Below, in pieces: positions 53,225-64,000 of a stretch of DNA of 64,000 bases. The DNA is from Schizosaccharomyces osmophilus (taxonomy: Eukaryota). The stretch spans positions 186,001 to 250,000 of the forward strand of contig NC_079240.1 in the NCBI RefSeq assembly GCF_027921745.1, in the 5' to 3' direction. The position numbers and the translations under genes are program-made. Below the pieces are notes generated by a model, which made no database searches, was not told the DNA's origin, and worked only from the letters and a program-made list of their open reading frames with translations. How positions within the stretch are numbered: the first letter of the stretch is position 1; each line of letters begins with the position of its first letter.

Positions 53225-54125
53225 TTTCTGAAATTCCTTCAAAACCTACTCAAACAGGCAGTAAACACCCAAATTCATGTCAGAACTTTCAAAAAGTAGC
53301 ACACATCCGATCCGACTAACAAGCTTAATAAAATCTACTTTGTAACAACTCCAAACTACATGAATCGAGTCCACAATGGCAATGGCTAGAGTTTTGCAGA
53401 GGTGAAGCTGTCATCCACCCTCTCTGACACACATACCGATAGCTAGTAAGCGTACGCTATTCTATATATATTTACAATGAATGAACAGTCCGAAATCGCT
53501 TTTGTTTGTTTCTATCGTGTAATCAAGATAAAGTAGAATAAAAAGAAAGATGTACTTTTCAGTACAAATGCTGTTCGTGACAGTTTAAACGTTGCTTTTC
53601 CAGACTTCCGATGGATTTACGAATGCTAAAAGTAAGGCTACGAAAATCCAGTGTTCGAGCTTTTTCCCTGGAGTTCATTAAGCCACGGTCACTGAACCTT
53701 CCAATCCCGTGTATATATCATTCAAAGCAAACAGCATGGTTGTTTTGCCAAATGTTCCTTTGTTTACATTTTGTAATAAACGACGACTCTTTTGGATTAT
53801 AAGAATACAGAAAGTCGCAATGGGGATGAACGTTAAATAATCGTAACGAGGATGTGACCAGTCAGTGACATAATGTCGCAGCTTTATAAATTGAGACATG
53901 CGAAAAGCCATTACCAAGATTTTTTCAAACTCGCATCTTTGGTTTTTAAGGGAAAAGTTGTGTTGAAAAATTTGTTTGTTTTTAACGTAAGGTCCAATTC
54001 CTATTTTTGAAAGATCTGTGAAAACTGGGGCCAGTTCCTACGGACTTTTCTTGGTGATTAAATAGTTGATTTCGTTTAGAGGGTAAATATCGGTGTTATT
54101 TTGGGCTCTGATTGCCATTGTAAAT

Positions 54126-55322
54126 ATGAAAAACAAATATACTCCTATTTCGGATTCTGATGACTCTTCCAATACGCTCAATGATGAAAAGGCAGATACG
54201 CATTCTTCAGATGGTACGCCTCCTCCGTATTCAGGTAAGATTAGTTGAAATAGAAAGGAAAGGTTGATTCTTTGGGTGCGTGTTTAAAAGATTTTGGTTA
54301 AAGGGAGTTCTGATGGAAGAATCATGTTTATTTATTTGTTGGGTTTGAAACTAATAACCTTGTCGATAACTGTCAACAAACAGGGCGAATACCTCTATCC
54401 TTTCACAAACAACGAACTATTTACTAATACATCCATTAGCTTCAAACAAATTTATAGATCTAGAAATAGCTGATGGATCCGCTCAGAATTCCGCCCAAGA
54501 TACTGTTAATAATACTAGGTCGAGTTCGATGGATAAGTGGCAGATAATAATGTACTTGTTGTTTTTTACTTCTTTTGTGTATATTATATTTTATGCTATT
54601 CTTCTTGTGTTATTTTTCACTTCCAAGGTTTTTGTGAATGCACAAACCCTTTGGGGGCTTTCTGCTGGCTGTGCAGCATCCTTTGCATTGTTTCTGTTTG
54701 GTAAGTTAGCGCTATATTTTATTTTTAATGATCTAATAAGTATTAGCAATCACTCAAATGCCTAAAGAATGGTTCCCGCAGGCCAAACAAGGGCTCACAC
54801 AAGCTGGGAGAGCAACCAAACAGTTTTGGTGCAATATGTGCATCGCAACATTATTTTTACTACCTTTGGATGTTTCTTTATTCATTGTGTACTATAAAAC
54901 GAAGAGGTTAATAGGGTTTGAAACTGTGGACTTTTATTGTTATGTGTTTATTATTTTTTTAGACATAGCCTTACTTCCTCTTTGTACGAGTATGTTATAT
55001 ACCCGCGAAATATTCTAACTGTTTTAGCGAACGCAGATGCGCGTGAACAACTAGGATTAATTGTTGTTGATCTAAAAAACGGAATAGGAAGCGGTATAAA
55101 TGGCTTAGGAAGCGGCATAAATGGCTTAGGAAACGGCATAAATGGCTTAGGAAACGGCATAGGAAATGCTGTAGATCATATGTTCGGTATGTACACTTTG
55201 CAAATGCTTCCTTTCGTAACATCGTACTAACCTATTAAGAAGGGACAAATCGAAGAGATGAAGCACCTCCGAACGAAGAAATTGAACTTCAACCTCTTGC
55301 TGAGCAAAGCGCTGAAGTTTGA
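54126..55322 (+). CDS. wtf: wtf meiotic-driver family gene, 5 exons (54126-54234, 54440-54700, 54747-54989, 55028-55186, 55240-55322), 284 aa
   Basis: Exon 1 MKNKYTPISD...TPPPYS (PY motif); TM-rich exons 2-3; GINGLG(S/N) heptad repeats; C-terminus ...SAEV*; all four introns canonical and in frame. Confidence 0.92.
54372..54382 (+). promoter_or_regulatory. FLEX-like (Mei4 forkhead) site in wtf intron 1
   Basis: GTCAACAAACA, one mismatch to GTAAACAAACA, ~150 nt upstream of the in-frame exon-2 ATG at 54529. Confidence 0.6.
55081..55166 (+). repeat. 21-nt coding tandem repeat in wtf exon 4 (~4 copies)
   Basis: GGAA(G/A)CGG(T/C)ATAAATGGCTTA repeated. Confidence 0.9.
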
Positions 55323-56065
55323 GTTTTACCGAACCTGCTTTACGTTTTTATACTTCGCATCTTCTTTGAAAACATCCATGTCAATTGCAGTCCATCAAGT
55401 TTCCGCCATTTTTTTTGCGTCCAAAAAAGCAAGCATCAGGGATTTCTTCGACTTTGATTGGTTTACTCATTCACTCTTTTATGAATCTTCTATTTTGTTT
55501 CACAGCACCGTTCATCTTCTTCGTGAATAGAATAGAACACCCTTTTTAATGATTATTTAATTATTCAGACGAAAATTCTGCCGTAATGAACTTAGTACTT
55601 CCGCATGTAATTCATAAATGGCAAAGACGATTGTGATTACCGCCAGAGGTAAAATTGATTAACAGCGTAGAAAGCACCAATGTTCAGATCAAAAGATTCG
55701 ACAGATGTAGCTTAATAAATTAAATTATCGTTTACTTAGGGAGTCAAGTCGACGCACTATGAAAATATATTAGTGGATCCAAATATATGTAAGTACAAGG
55801 TTTTTTCAACCCATAAACTCATACGCTGAGTCTTACACTTAGCGGCGTAGAAACAAAGCTGTGACAACCTAGTAGGATGTGAATTCATAGAAAAGACAAA
55901 AAACAGTGTGTTTTCAAATCTTATAATATTATATCGTTTTCCATTCAACCGCGACAAAATACCACAGATAGCTCTGAGCAGGGATGGATATTAAAGGACA
56001 TCAAGTCAAATGAAATACTGGACGAGTATCTCACAGTACAAGTAGCTTGATAGACAACTAGAGAC

Positions 56066-56189
56066 GTCCATGGCCATACCTAGGCGAAAACACCAGTTCC
56101 CGTCCGATCACTGCAGTTAAGCGTCTGAGGGTCTCGTTAGTTCAGTACTGTGGTTGGAGACAATATGGGAATCCGGGATGCTGTAGGAT
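56066..56189 (+). rRNA. 5S rDNA copy D (near-intact, 124 nt with a 5-nt insertion)
   Basis: GTCCATGGCCATACCTAGGCGAAAACACCAGTTCCCGTCCGATCACTGCAGTTAAGCGTCTGAGGG... followed by a T9 Pol III terminator. Confidence 0.93.
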
Positions 56190-56540
56190 TCCTACTTTTT
56201 TTTTAGCGATTAGTACAAAGGGTACTACTGTTAATACGTTCTTTTTTTTACCATTTTTGTTTCTTGAAATGGTATTGAAGTACCGTTCTTCAAGCTGCAG
56301 TTTGTGAAGCTTCCCTGCTTGAAATTTTTTTGGACAGACTACCTCGAAAACTCTTATCCTAAAATATTTTCCTTACTCTTTCTACAATTTCGCTCAAAGT
56401 AATTGCATTCGTTTGAAAACTAAGCAGCAAAATCAAAATTTTAGACTTCTCTCTTTTAAAAAAGCGGTTGTTTTTTTCAACATCTTTGGCTTTTCTTTTT
56501 CGCATGTACATATGTTAATTTCATTATAAAAAGTTCAAGT

Positions 56541-58207
56541 ATGGATATTAAGAAATCATTGTCAAAGCAAGAAGAAATTGAAGAAATCAAACCCATTGAT
56601 GAACCCGTTGATGCCTCTTTCTTGATTACATGGGACTCTCCAACTGATTCCAAGAATCCAAAAAACTGGCCCTACTCCAGAAGATGGATGCAGCTAGTTA
56701 TCGTTTCTGTGTTCGCTCTATTGGGGCCCATGGCATCATCAATGGTGGCTCCCTGTCTCGACCAAATTGCTGAACGCTTTCATGTTGAAAACTCAACAGA
56801 GAAAGCCCTGATCCTCAGTATATACTTGCTGGTTTTTGCAGTTTCACCCATGATAAGCGCTCCCCTATCCGAAATATTTGGTCGTCGAATCTTACTACAA
56901 GCAGGAAATGTCATTTTTATTGGTAAGTTTCTTTTTTTTATCATCTGAATCTAATCTTTAGTTTTTAATATGGCTTGTGGACTGGCAAAAACCAAAGCTC
57001 AAATGTACATTTTTCGGTTTTTAGCCGGCTTTGGTAGTGCAACACCAATGGGTTTAGGGAGCGGAACGTAAGTCTATCTTTTTATACAATTGATTCCCGT
57101 CTTTGACACCTTTTAGAATAAGCGATCTCTTCACTCCAGAAGAAAGAGGAAGAGCTGTCGCAGTCATGTCTCTGGCTCCTTTGTTGGGTCCCACTATAGG
57201 GCCAGTCATTAGTGGATTTATCGCTGAATATACAACTTACAAATGGATCTTTTGGTCAACTACCATTTTCAGTGGGTTTGTATTTGCTCTCTCCATACCC
57301 TTTTTAACGGAAACGTATCCCAAAACCTTGTTGGGACGCAAAGCAAGAAAGCTTAATAAAAAAGAGAACACCCTGAAATACCATACAGAATGGCGCTTGG
57401 AGCACATTCCTCAGCGGAAACTTGTCGCTCCTGCCTTAATGCGACCATTAAAAATGTTGACAACACAACCTGTGGTAATTTTATGTGCAGGATATATGGC
57501 TATTCAATACGGTAGGTGAACTCTTTGTATAGTGTTTATTGTTTTTTAACCAGTAGGTATTCTTTATCTTGTACTAACAACTTATCCTGTTTTGTGGACG
57601 CATGATTATCATGAGCGTTCCTCCATTGCTGGTTTACATTATATAGCTCCGGGTCTTGGTTTAATTTTAGGTAGTCAAGCATCTGGCGTTTTCATCGACA
57701 AGACCTTTCGTTTTCTGAAAATGAGAAACAACGGAAAGATGGCTCCAGAATTTCGCGTCCCGGTTATTTTATTAGGTACTATGTTTTTCCCAACGGGCCT
57801 GATTGTTTATGGATGGACTGCCAAGTACCATACTCATTGGATTGGTCCTGATATTGGCGCCGCAATGTTTAATGTTGGTCTCATGTTGGGTTGGCGTGGT
57901 ATTCAAACTTATTTAATTGATACCTTTATAATTTATGCTGCATCGTCAACTGCAGTTGCCTGTTGCATTCGCTCTCTTGCAGCGTTCGGTTTTCCATTAT
58001 TTGGACAAACTCTTTACGATCGTTTAGGCTACGGATGGGGAAACTCGCTCTTAGCTTTTATGTATGTGGTATTTTCTATTTTCTGAAAAATCGGTATTAA
58101 TCAGTAATAGCGTTTTGGGATCTTCTATCATAACCTGTTCCGTCCTTTGGTTTGGAGGAAAGGGACTTCGAACAAAGTCCAATATGGTTGTCTTCAAGGA
58201 TGAATAA
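56541..58207 (+). CDS. MFS DHA1-family transporter (five exons)
   Basis: WDSPTDSKNPKNW, PLSEIFGRR, GPTIGP and PEFR motifs; canonical introns; stop TAA 58205-58207. Confidence 0.9.
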
Positions 58208-58876
58208 TTTGCGAGGATATAATTTCGGATTACTTCTATTCCACAACTTGGATATTTTTCAGTAAATTTATATAAACCCGGTATGTAGTAAGGATCTTCT
58301 AGGTTGATTTAGGGTATCGGATTTTTGGTAATTATTTAGACATTATTTTAATTCTTTTCTTAATCGATTGCCATAAAAATGGCTTAATTGGGAATGTAGT
58401 GAGACTAAGATTTCAGAAATGAGAATACAAGCTAATTTCTTGACAATTATGTGAATTCTTACGCCCGAATATGACTTATACTTTTTCGAACGACAGCGTT
58501 CATTTTGAGCATTTATGTGAATAGTAGTACGAACAAAGATAACAGGAAATCAGATTGAAGGTGAAAACGTCTATTTCTCCTTCCTTAATGACTCCATTTG
58601 GGTCCTTTTTTTTTTTTTTTTTTTTCAACATGTATTTCATACATGTTAATTCTATAAATCATAATTATGAGGTGGTTCATGAATAGATGATCAGCGCATC
58701 AATCCTCTTGATATTATGAGGGCATTAGACCGGTTCCGGTATGTTTTTGATCAACTTCATTTTTCGGATGCAGGGCCTCAAAAGTAGATAGTATACATAA
58801 AAAGAAAAAAAAGGAAGAAGAAGATCGTTACTACCTTGTGGGCGATTTGTTTGCATTCATAATCAAGGGTAAAATA

Positions 58877-60500
58877 TGGAAGAAAAGAGAAACCGGTCTT
58901 AAAGATATAGCTATTGATTTGAAGAGAAAGACAGCACAACTCGGCCGCTAAATGTTGAGGACCAATAATTCTTGGATAATGATGAGAAATAGCTCAAAAC
59001 ACTACTTGGCTATCAACCAAAGCTGCATCGTACGTATGAGTTTTTCGAGAACTTGGCAAGCTCTTTTTCATGCTGTGATTGCATGGCAAATGTTCGCGGA
59101 GCCTTTTATATAGGATTGTTGGCTGATGGTTCTTCTGCTTACTGGATTACTTACTACATTTCGATCCCCCAAAGCTTAGTTTCTGCGGCTTCCATAGCCA
59201 AGACTGTTCTGCATTACCTACTGCAGGATCAGTGTATTTTTGGGCTTTTGCTGCTGGCGGAAGAAAATATGGTCTGCTGATAGGCTTCATGGTCGCTTGG
59301 TGGACAGTTGTAACATGGACCTCCTTTGTTGCCGTGGGTTGTCAATCAACAACAAAGTTTATATTTGGAGAGCTTCCTGTGTTTGACTCCAAGTTTTCAG
59401 CTAGCTCTTCCGACGTTAAGTTTCGAGTGTTCAATGGGCTGTGGACGAAGGCTTGCTTCTCATTTCCGTGCTCATTAACGGTATACCACCAAAGTGGGTC
59501 TGCTACGTATTTCAGCTTGTTATCCTACTGGACGTTTTGCTCAATATAATGGGCTTCCCTTCGCCGCTTCAAAGAAGTACGGTTTTCGAGACCGAAAATT
59601 CATGATGTCTACAAATTATGAGCTTGGGAACGTGAACCATGGAGGGTCTTGGTGTTTGACTTTTTTTTGTACGGCTTGTATCCTCGTCGGTTACGACGCT
59701 GCTGGACATGTGGCCGAGGAAACAAAGAACGCCAGTCAAACTGCCGCCCGAGGGCCGTTTTACTCTGCTCTTTCTAATAGTATTGTAAGTGCCGGTATAG
59801 TGGTCGTTTTCCTGTATTGCCTCCCGCCAAGCCAAACCTTGTATCCTCTAATGAAAACAAACGAGCATCAACCATTCGTACGCTTCTATGCTTTTGCATA
59901 GGGAAAAAGAGCCCGTGTTTTATTGAATGTTGTTGGCGTGTTTGAAAGCATGTTGGACACAACCGTATCTATCGTAGCTTCAAGTAGACTTGTATTTGCT
60001 GTTGCTTGCGATGGTGTTCTCCCCTTTTCTGAGAGGCCGATCAAAGTGGATAAACATGGTCAGCCAAAAAATGATGTCCATTTTATATCTTCTGTAGCAG
60101 CTATACTTTTGTTGTCCAATTTACCCAGTGCTGTCGCCTTTACCTCTTTAATGTCGGCAACCGCTGTACCCACGATTCTCTCATATATTATCATAGCTTT
60201 CGGGAGACTTTTTCTTTCCAAAGATAAATTTCCCAAACCCAGGTGGTTACTTGGATTTCTATCCAAGTCTTTCCTGGTAGTAACCTTTTTGTGGAATTTA
60301 TTCACCGCAGTCATCTTGTTTTCACCAAGGCTTATCCTGTAACAGCAAATTATGCACCTGCTGTCTTTGGTGCAATGACAATTTGTGGACTGTTAAGTTG
60401 GCTCATGATACCAGCAGCCAAATGGAATACTTTTCATGAATCAGCGAATGACTGTAGTTTTGTTTCAAAACCAATTATGAAAATGCACATCACATCAAAT
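58877..60500 (+). pseudogene. Amino-acid permease (APC/ACT family) pseudogene
   Basis: [32 protein letters not shown] and [10 protein letters not shown] motifs spread over several frames, with in-frame stops (e.g. TAG 59899-59901) and no intron signals at the breaks; ends approximate. Confidence 0.85.
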
Positions 60501-60971
60501 CAAATAAAGATGAAGCAAGTTCCTAGTTTATTGATTCACAATGGGTTGCTAGGTTTTCGTTGTTTACTCATACTTGTGTATTTCAGTCGTCAGCATTTCT
60601 GTACACCAAATAGGAGCTCGTGTTTGGGGACTTATTCAAAAGATCAAAAGCCGTAGAATTGCTTGTAATGACTTTTAGGTAGCTGCAACCTCTTTCATAC
60701 CTGCTGTGAATCTGCCTTTCCATTTGTAACAAAGCCGAATGAATTGCAACCGGACTCAGTCACTTGTTTAATACATTAGTAAAAATGAATAACTAAATGA
60801 AAAACTTGTTTTCTGATATCAAACGCATTCATGCAGACTGCTTGTTTACATTTTGTCACTTACTCCAGAGTACGTTTATCATACTACGAACTAGTATAAT
60901 AAATAACTTCAACGTTCAAAAATGTTAAGCACTTACAAAAGACTAAAGAGTCATTCCATTTCTTCCAAAGA

Positions 60972-61799
60972 ATGAAGAAATCAACGGATCTTCCTCCACC
61001 AGCCTATTCTGAGAAGCCGTTCAAGCCTTACAGCGACAAATCAGACGATGACGAAGATGACTATACACCTTTTGAACCTCCTTCTCCCCCTTCCTTTACA
61101 GGCAAGCAGACTACAGAAGTTGCAAGTGTTTCACTTCATGAACATGATAAAATTCGATTTATCAATTTCCCACCTCCTCTCTTAAGCGGTGCTGTGATCC
61201 TAATTCAACAATATTGGCCCCGGGGAATTCGAAGCCAACGGGCGTATGGCCCTTCACATGAAATCAAATTATCTGGAACTCCCTGGCTTGCAGAGGGATA
61301 TAGTATAATTCATGTTCAACGTACAGTGAAAGAACTCATTGCTTACATGATGAGTCATAACTGGAAACTTTATGTGCTATGCAACGTTTCAGAGAAAATG
61401 GGCTCCTTAGACAGCTGGTTTTTCTTGCACGTCCCTGGTTTTGCTACATCTATGCTTACACCTAAACAAGAATGGTCGGTTATTACATTCGAAAACTCCG
61501 ATCGTATACGCATTATTGATGGCTCACAACAATTAATTTCAATCATTCATAGTGCTTGTCTACAACACTGGTATCGTGGCTTGAAATCCTTCCGTCTTTA
61601 TCGCGGTATGGTGCCTGAATGTAAACTTCGTGGATTTCCGTGGGCTGCCAACGGTACGGAAACTATGTATGTTCGTCTCTTCGTAGCGAAGCTGATTGAG
61701 CTCTTAGAATCTGCCGGGTACTCTATCGTTGGCACCCTCAATATATTTCGAACGGAAGATTACTCGTTTCCTGATTCTTGGGTCCTTTTGCATCCCTAA
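60972..61799 (+). CDS. Uncharacterised protein with an N-terminal PPAY motif and two tandem ~115-aa repeats
   Basis: Intact 275-aa ORF; repeats D(K/R)IR.I...Q.W.RG.....KL.G.PW.A.G...DSW. Confidence 0.8.
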   Translation: MKKSTDLPPPAYSEKPFKPYSDKSDDDEDDYTPFEPPSPPSFTGKQTTEVASVSLHEHDKIRFINFPPPLLSGAVILIQQYWPRGIRSQRAYGPSHEIKLSGTPWLAEGYSIIHVQRTVKELIAYMMSHNWKLYVLCNVSEKMGSLDSWFFLHVPGFATSMLTPKQEWSVITFENSDRIRIIDGSQQLISIIHSACLQHWYRGLKSFRLYRGMVPECKLRGFPWAANGTETMYVRLFVAKLIELLESAGYSIVGTLNIFRTEDYSFPDSWVLLHP

Positions 61800-62734
61800 G
61801 TATACTAGATTTATCTCCATCGTCCTTACAGTTTATTCAACTAAATAAATCCAGTACTGAACAAACCCTCCTTAGTAAATCCAACTTTCGGTCTGATAGA
61901 TACATATTATTATTGTCTTTTAAATCCTTTGAATGCTAATTTACGTTAATTTCAACTCTTTGCTTTGCCTTCCGTACATGGTTACTATCAGCAAGCATAT
62001 GATTTCTGACTTGATAAATTATTCTTCTTACATATCCTACGTCTCATTCTTCATAAAAATGAATCCACTTTCCCGTCACCACACATAGTTGATTAATTCA
62101 TCGACTTTAGACATTACCAAGACTATTGCAGTTTTCACTATTATCCAACACTTACGATGAAACTCATACAATCAAAAACTAAGTCTTAAGTATACTCAAT
62201 ATATAGATACTTTTATACTTAAAACCAAAATGAATGTTCAGAAAATTTTATTTTTTAGTTTTTACTAGACCATGTTGGATTATCTGCACAAATACACAGA
62301 ACTTCAACATGCTTCTTTTTTTGTCTAAATATATATAACAACTTGCATGGCTCATAATATACGTACAAATTCTTAGGGAAGACTGTAGAAATCATTAATC
62401 GTAGTCCAAAGCATATTTGATGAGAGGGCCACCTAGCATACAGACCCTATCCACCATATACCTTTTTCAAAGTATATTACAGAGATTATAAACAGCAGGA
62501 TGATAATTCTGTCTCATCCTTTATTTATAAAGCACATCATTCCCAATTTTAGGGTATAAAATTCAAATTTGTTGTCCTCTGAGAAACTCAACAATAATAT
62601 ACTTCGTCCTTTTCAAACCAGTCGAAAATTCCGAACCTCATTGTTAACTTTTAATAGAAAAAAACATTAACGACAATCTTAACATATAATGCAGAAACTA
62701 TAATACACTTAGAGCACCTCGTGCTCCTTTTCAT

Positions 62735-64000
62735 TTAACCACCCTTGTAAGCATGAGAACTTCTTTGACGAATTCTTTTACCAAAGAAATAAAAGAGGAA
62801 AGGAATGGGAACAAGGGCACAGCCAATAAAAGCCAACAAAGAGGTAGCCCAGTGAAAGTTCAAATTATTGTACATAGGACGAGCAACAACAGTCATACCA
62901 CCACCGGCAGCATAACGCGTGGTTGTACCAACGGCCAATGCACTAGCCGCCAACTCGTGGTAGGAATCAACAAGATAAGAATAACAAGCTTGCAAGACAT
63001 ACAAAAATCCCCATCCCAAGAAGATCCCACTTACTAATGGGGCTGCCCAATGAACTGTTGGGTAACAGGTCCATGCCAACCAAAAGAGACTTATTGGAAT
63101 GAAGAAGGAGCCGAAGAAGAGAGGCCATAGACGGTCTTCGGGACGAACATTTCCATTGTTCATCTTGAAGCGTTTCTTATAATGCCAGTGGATCAAGGGA
63201 GTAAAGGCGAAGCCTACGCCAACCCCGACGTCAACACCAAGCATAGCAAGACCCTCTTCACCAGCATTGAATCCGTATTGAGCAAACATCAAAGGATAAC
63301 CGACGTTCACCATATAGAGAAGGACGTTGACGAATACAAGATACAAACAAATGGCTTGGACAATGGCTTCGGTACTCAAAAGCTTGATACCACGTGTTAA
63401 CGAGGTACGGATAGCATTGGTAACACTACGTTGAAGCTCATGCTCGTTGTACCACAAACTGCAGCTTGTTTTTTTGCGAAGGTACCTAGCTTTAAAATCG
63501 AGAATTGTAGATCCATGACTTTCGGGCATGACAAATATAACGATTAACCAAGTAAGGCCAGCCCAAATCATATTAATCCAAAAGTCCCATCTCCAACCTA
63601 ACTTGCTATCGGTGATAAAACCACCAATGGTAGGTCCAGTAAGGGGACCAATAAAGGCACAGGCACAAAAGAAGAGCAATGCTGAGGTACGCTCGACAGG
63701 GGAATAGAGATCACTAACAGTACCACCGCATGCAGACATGGGAGTACAAGCAAAGAAGCCGTGTATAAAGCGAAAAATAACTAAACTCCAAATGTTTTTT
63801 GAAAGCCCACCTCCGATTTGAAAGAGGGTAAAAATGATGAGCGTACAAGAATAAATAGGAAGCCGTCCATAGACCTCGGAAAGAGGAGCAAAAATAACAG
63901 AACCAGCAGCGAAACCCAATAAAAACACAGCAGAACACAAGTCACCGACAGCAGCACCTACGTGGTACTGTTTTGCAGCGACACCACCACCAGCAGAGAA
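62735..64000 (-). CDS. MFS DHA1-family transporter, 5' end beyond the window
   Basis: APLSEVYGR, GGTVSDLY, GPLTGPTIGG, WRWDFW and RPEDRL motifs; frame stays open to the window edge. Confidence 0.9.
   Translation of the reverse strand, partial: FSAGGGVAAKQYHVGAAVGDLCSAVFLLGFAAGSVIFAPLSEVYGRLPIYSCTLIIFTLFQIGGGLSKNIWSLVIFRFIHGFFACTPMSACGGTVSDLYSPVERTSALLFFCACAFIGPLTGPTIGGFITDSKLGWRWDFWINMIWAGLTWLIVIFVMPESHGSTILDFKARYLRKKTSCSLWYNEHELQRSVTNAIRTSLTRGIKLLSTEAIVQAICLYLVFVNVLLYMVNVGYPLMFAQYGFNAGEEGLAMLGVDVGVGVGFAFTPLIHWHYKKRFKMNNGNVRPEDRLWPLFFGSFFIPISLFWLAWTCYPTVHWAAPLVSGIFLGWGFLYVLQACYSYLVDSYHELAASALAVGTTTRYAAGGGMTVVARPMYNNLNFHWATSLLAFIGCALVPIPFLFYFFGKRIRQRSSHAYKGG

Noticed and set aside
52000..56060. 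Tf LTRs flanking the wtf gene
   Set aside because: No TG...CA bounded LTR-like direct repeat recognised; the flanking repeats are 5S rDNA

Overview
Eukaryotic (fission-yeast, Schizosaccharomyces; most likely the S. octosporus/cryophilus/osmophilus clade rather than S. pombe) chromosomal DNA with many short GT-AG introns. Bases 1-44.4 kb are a conserved block whose gene order matches my recollection of the S. pombe chr III SPCC320/SPCC1235/SPCC548 region: Zn2Cys6 TF, a Gly/Ser/Asn repeat protein, bio2, cue2, fad1, fft2, vma21, get2, fta7, hif2, sec6, mpc1, mug146-like, three ght hexose transporters, tRNA-Thr, dga1, urm1 and dbl5. From ~45.85 to 56.2 kb lies an accessory island punctuated by four same-orientation 5S rDNA copies, each variant or decayed. 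It holds (i) a tdk1/mug135 (DUF1773)-like candidate killer meiotic driver between 5S copies A and B; (ii) a tiny secreted Kex2-repeat peptide precursor, a GST and an unannotated TRI101/AYT1-like acetyltransferase pseudogene between B and C; (iii) a divergent wag + intact 5-exon wtf poison-antidote gene pair between C and D. The window ends with an MFS transporter, a pseudogenised amino-acid permease, an unknown PY-motif two-repeat protein and a partial MFS gene. Gene models were spliced by hand; ortholog names rest on motif recognition and remembered synteny, not on database searches.
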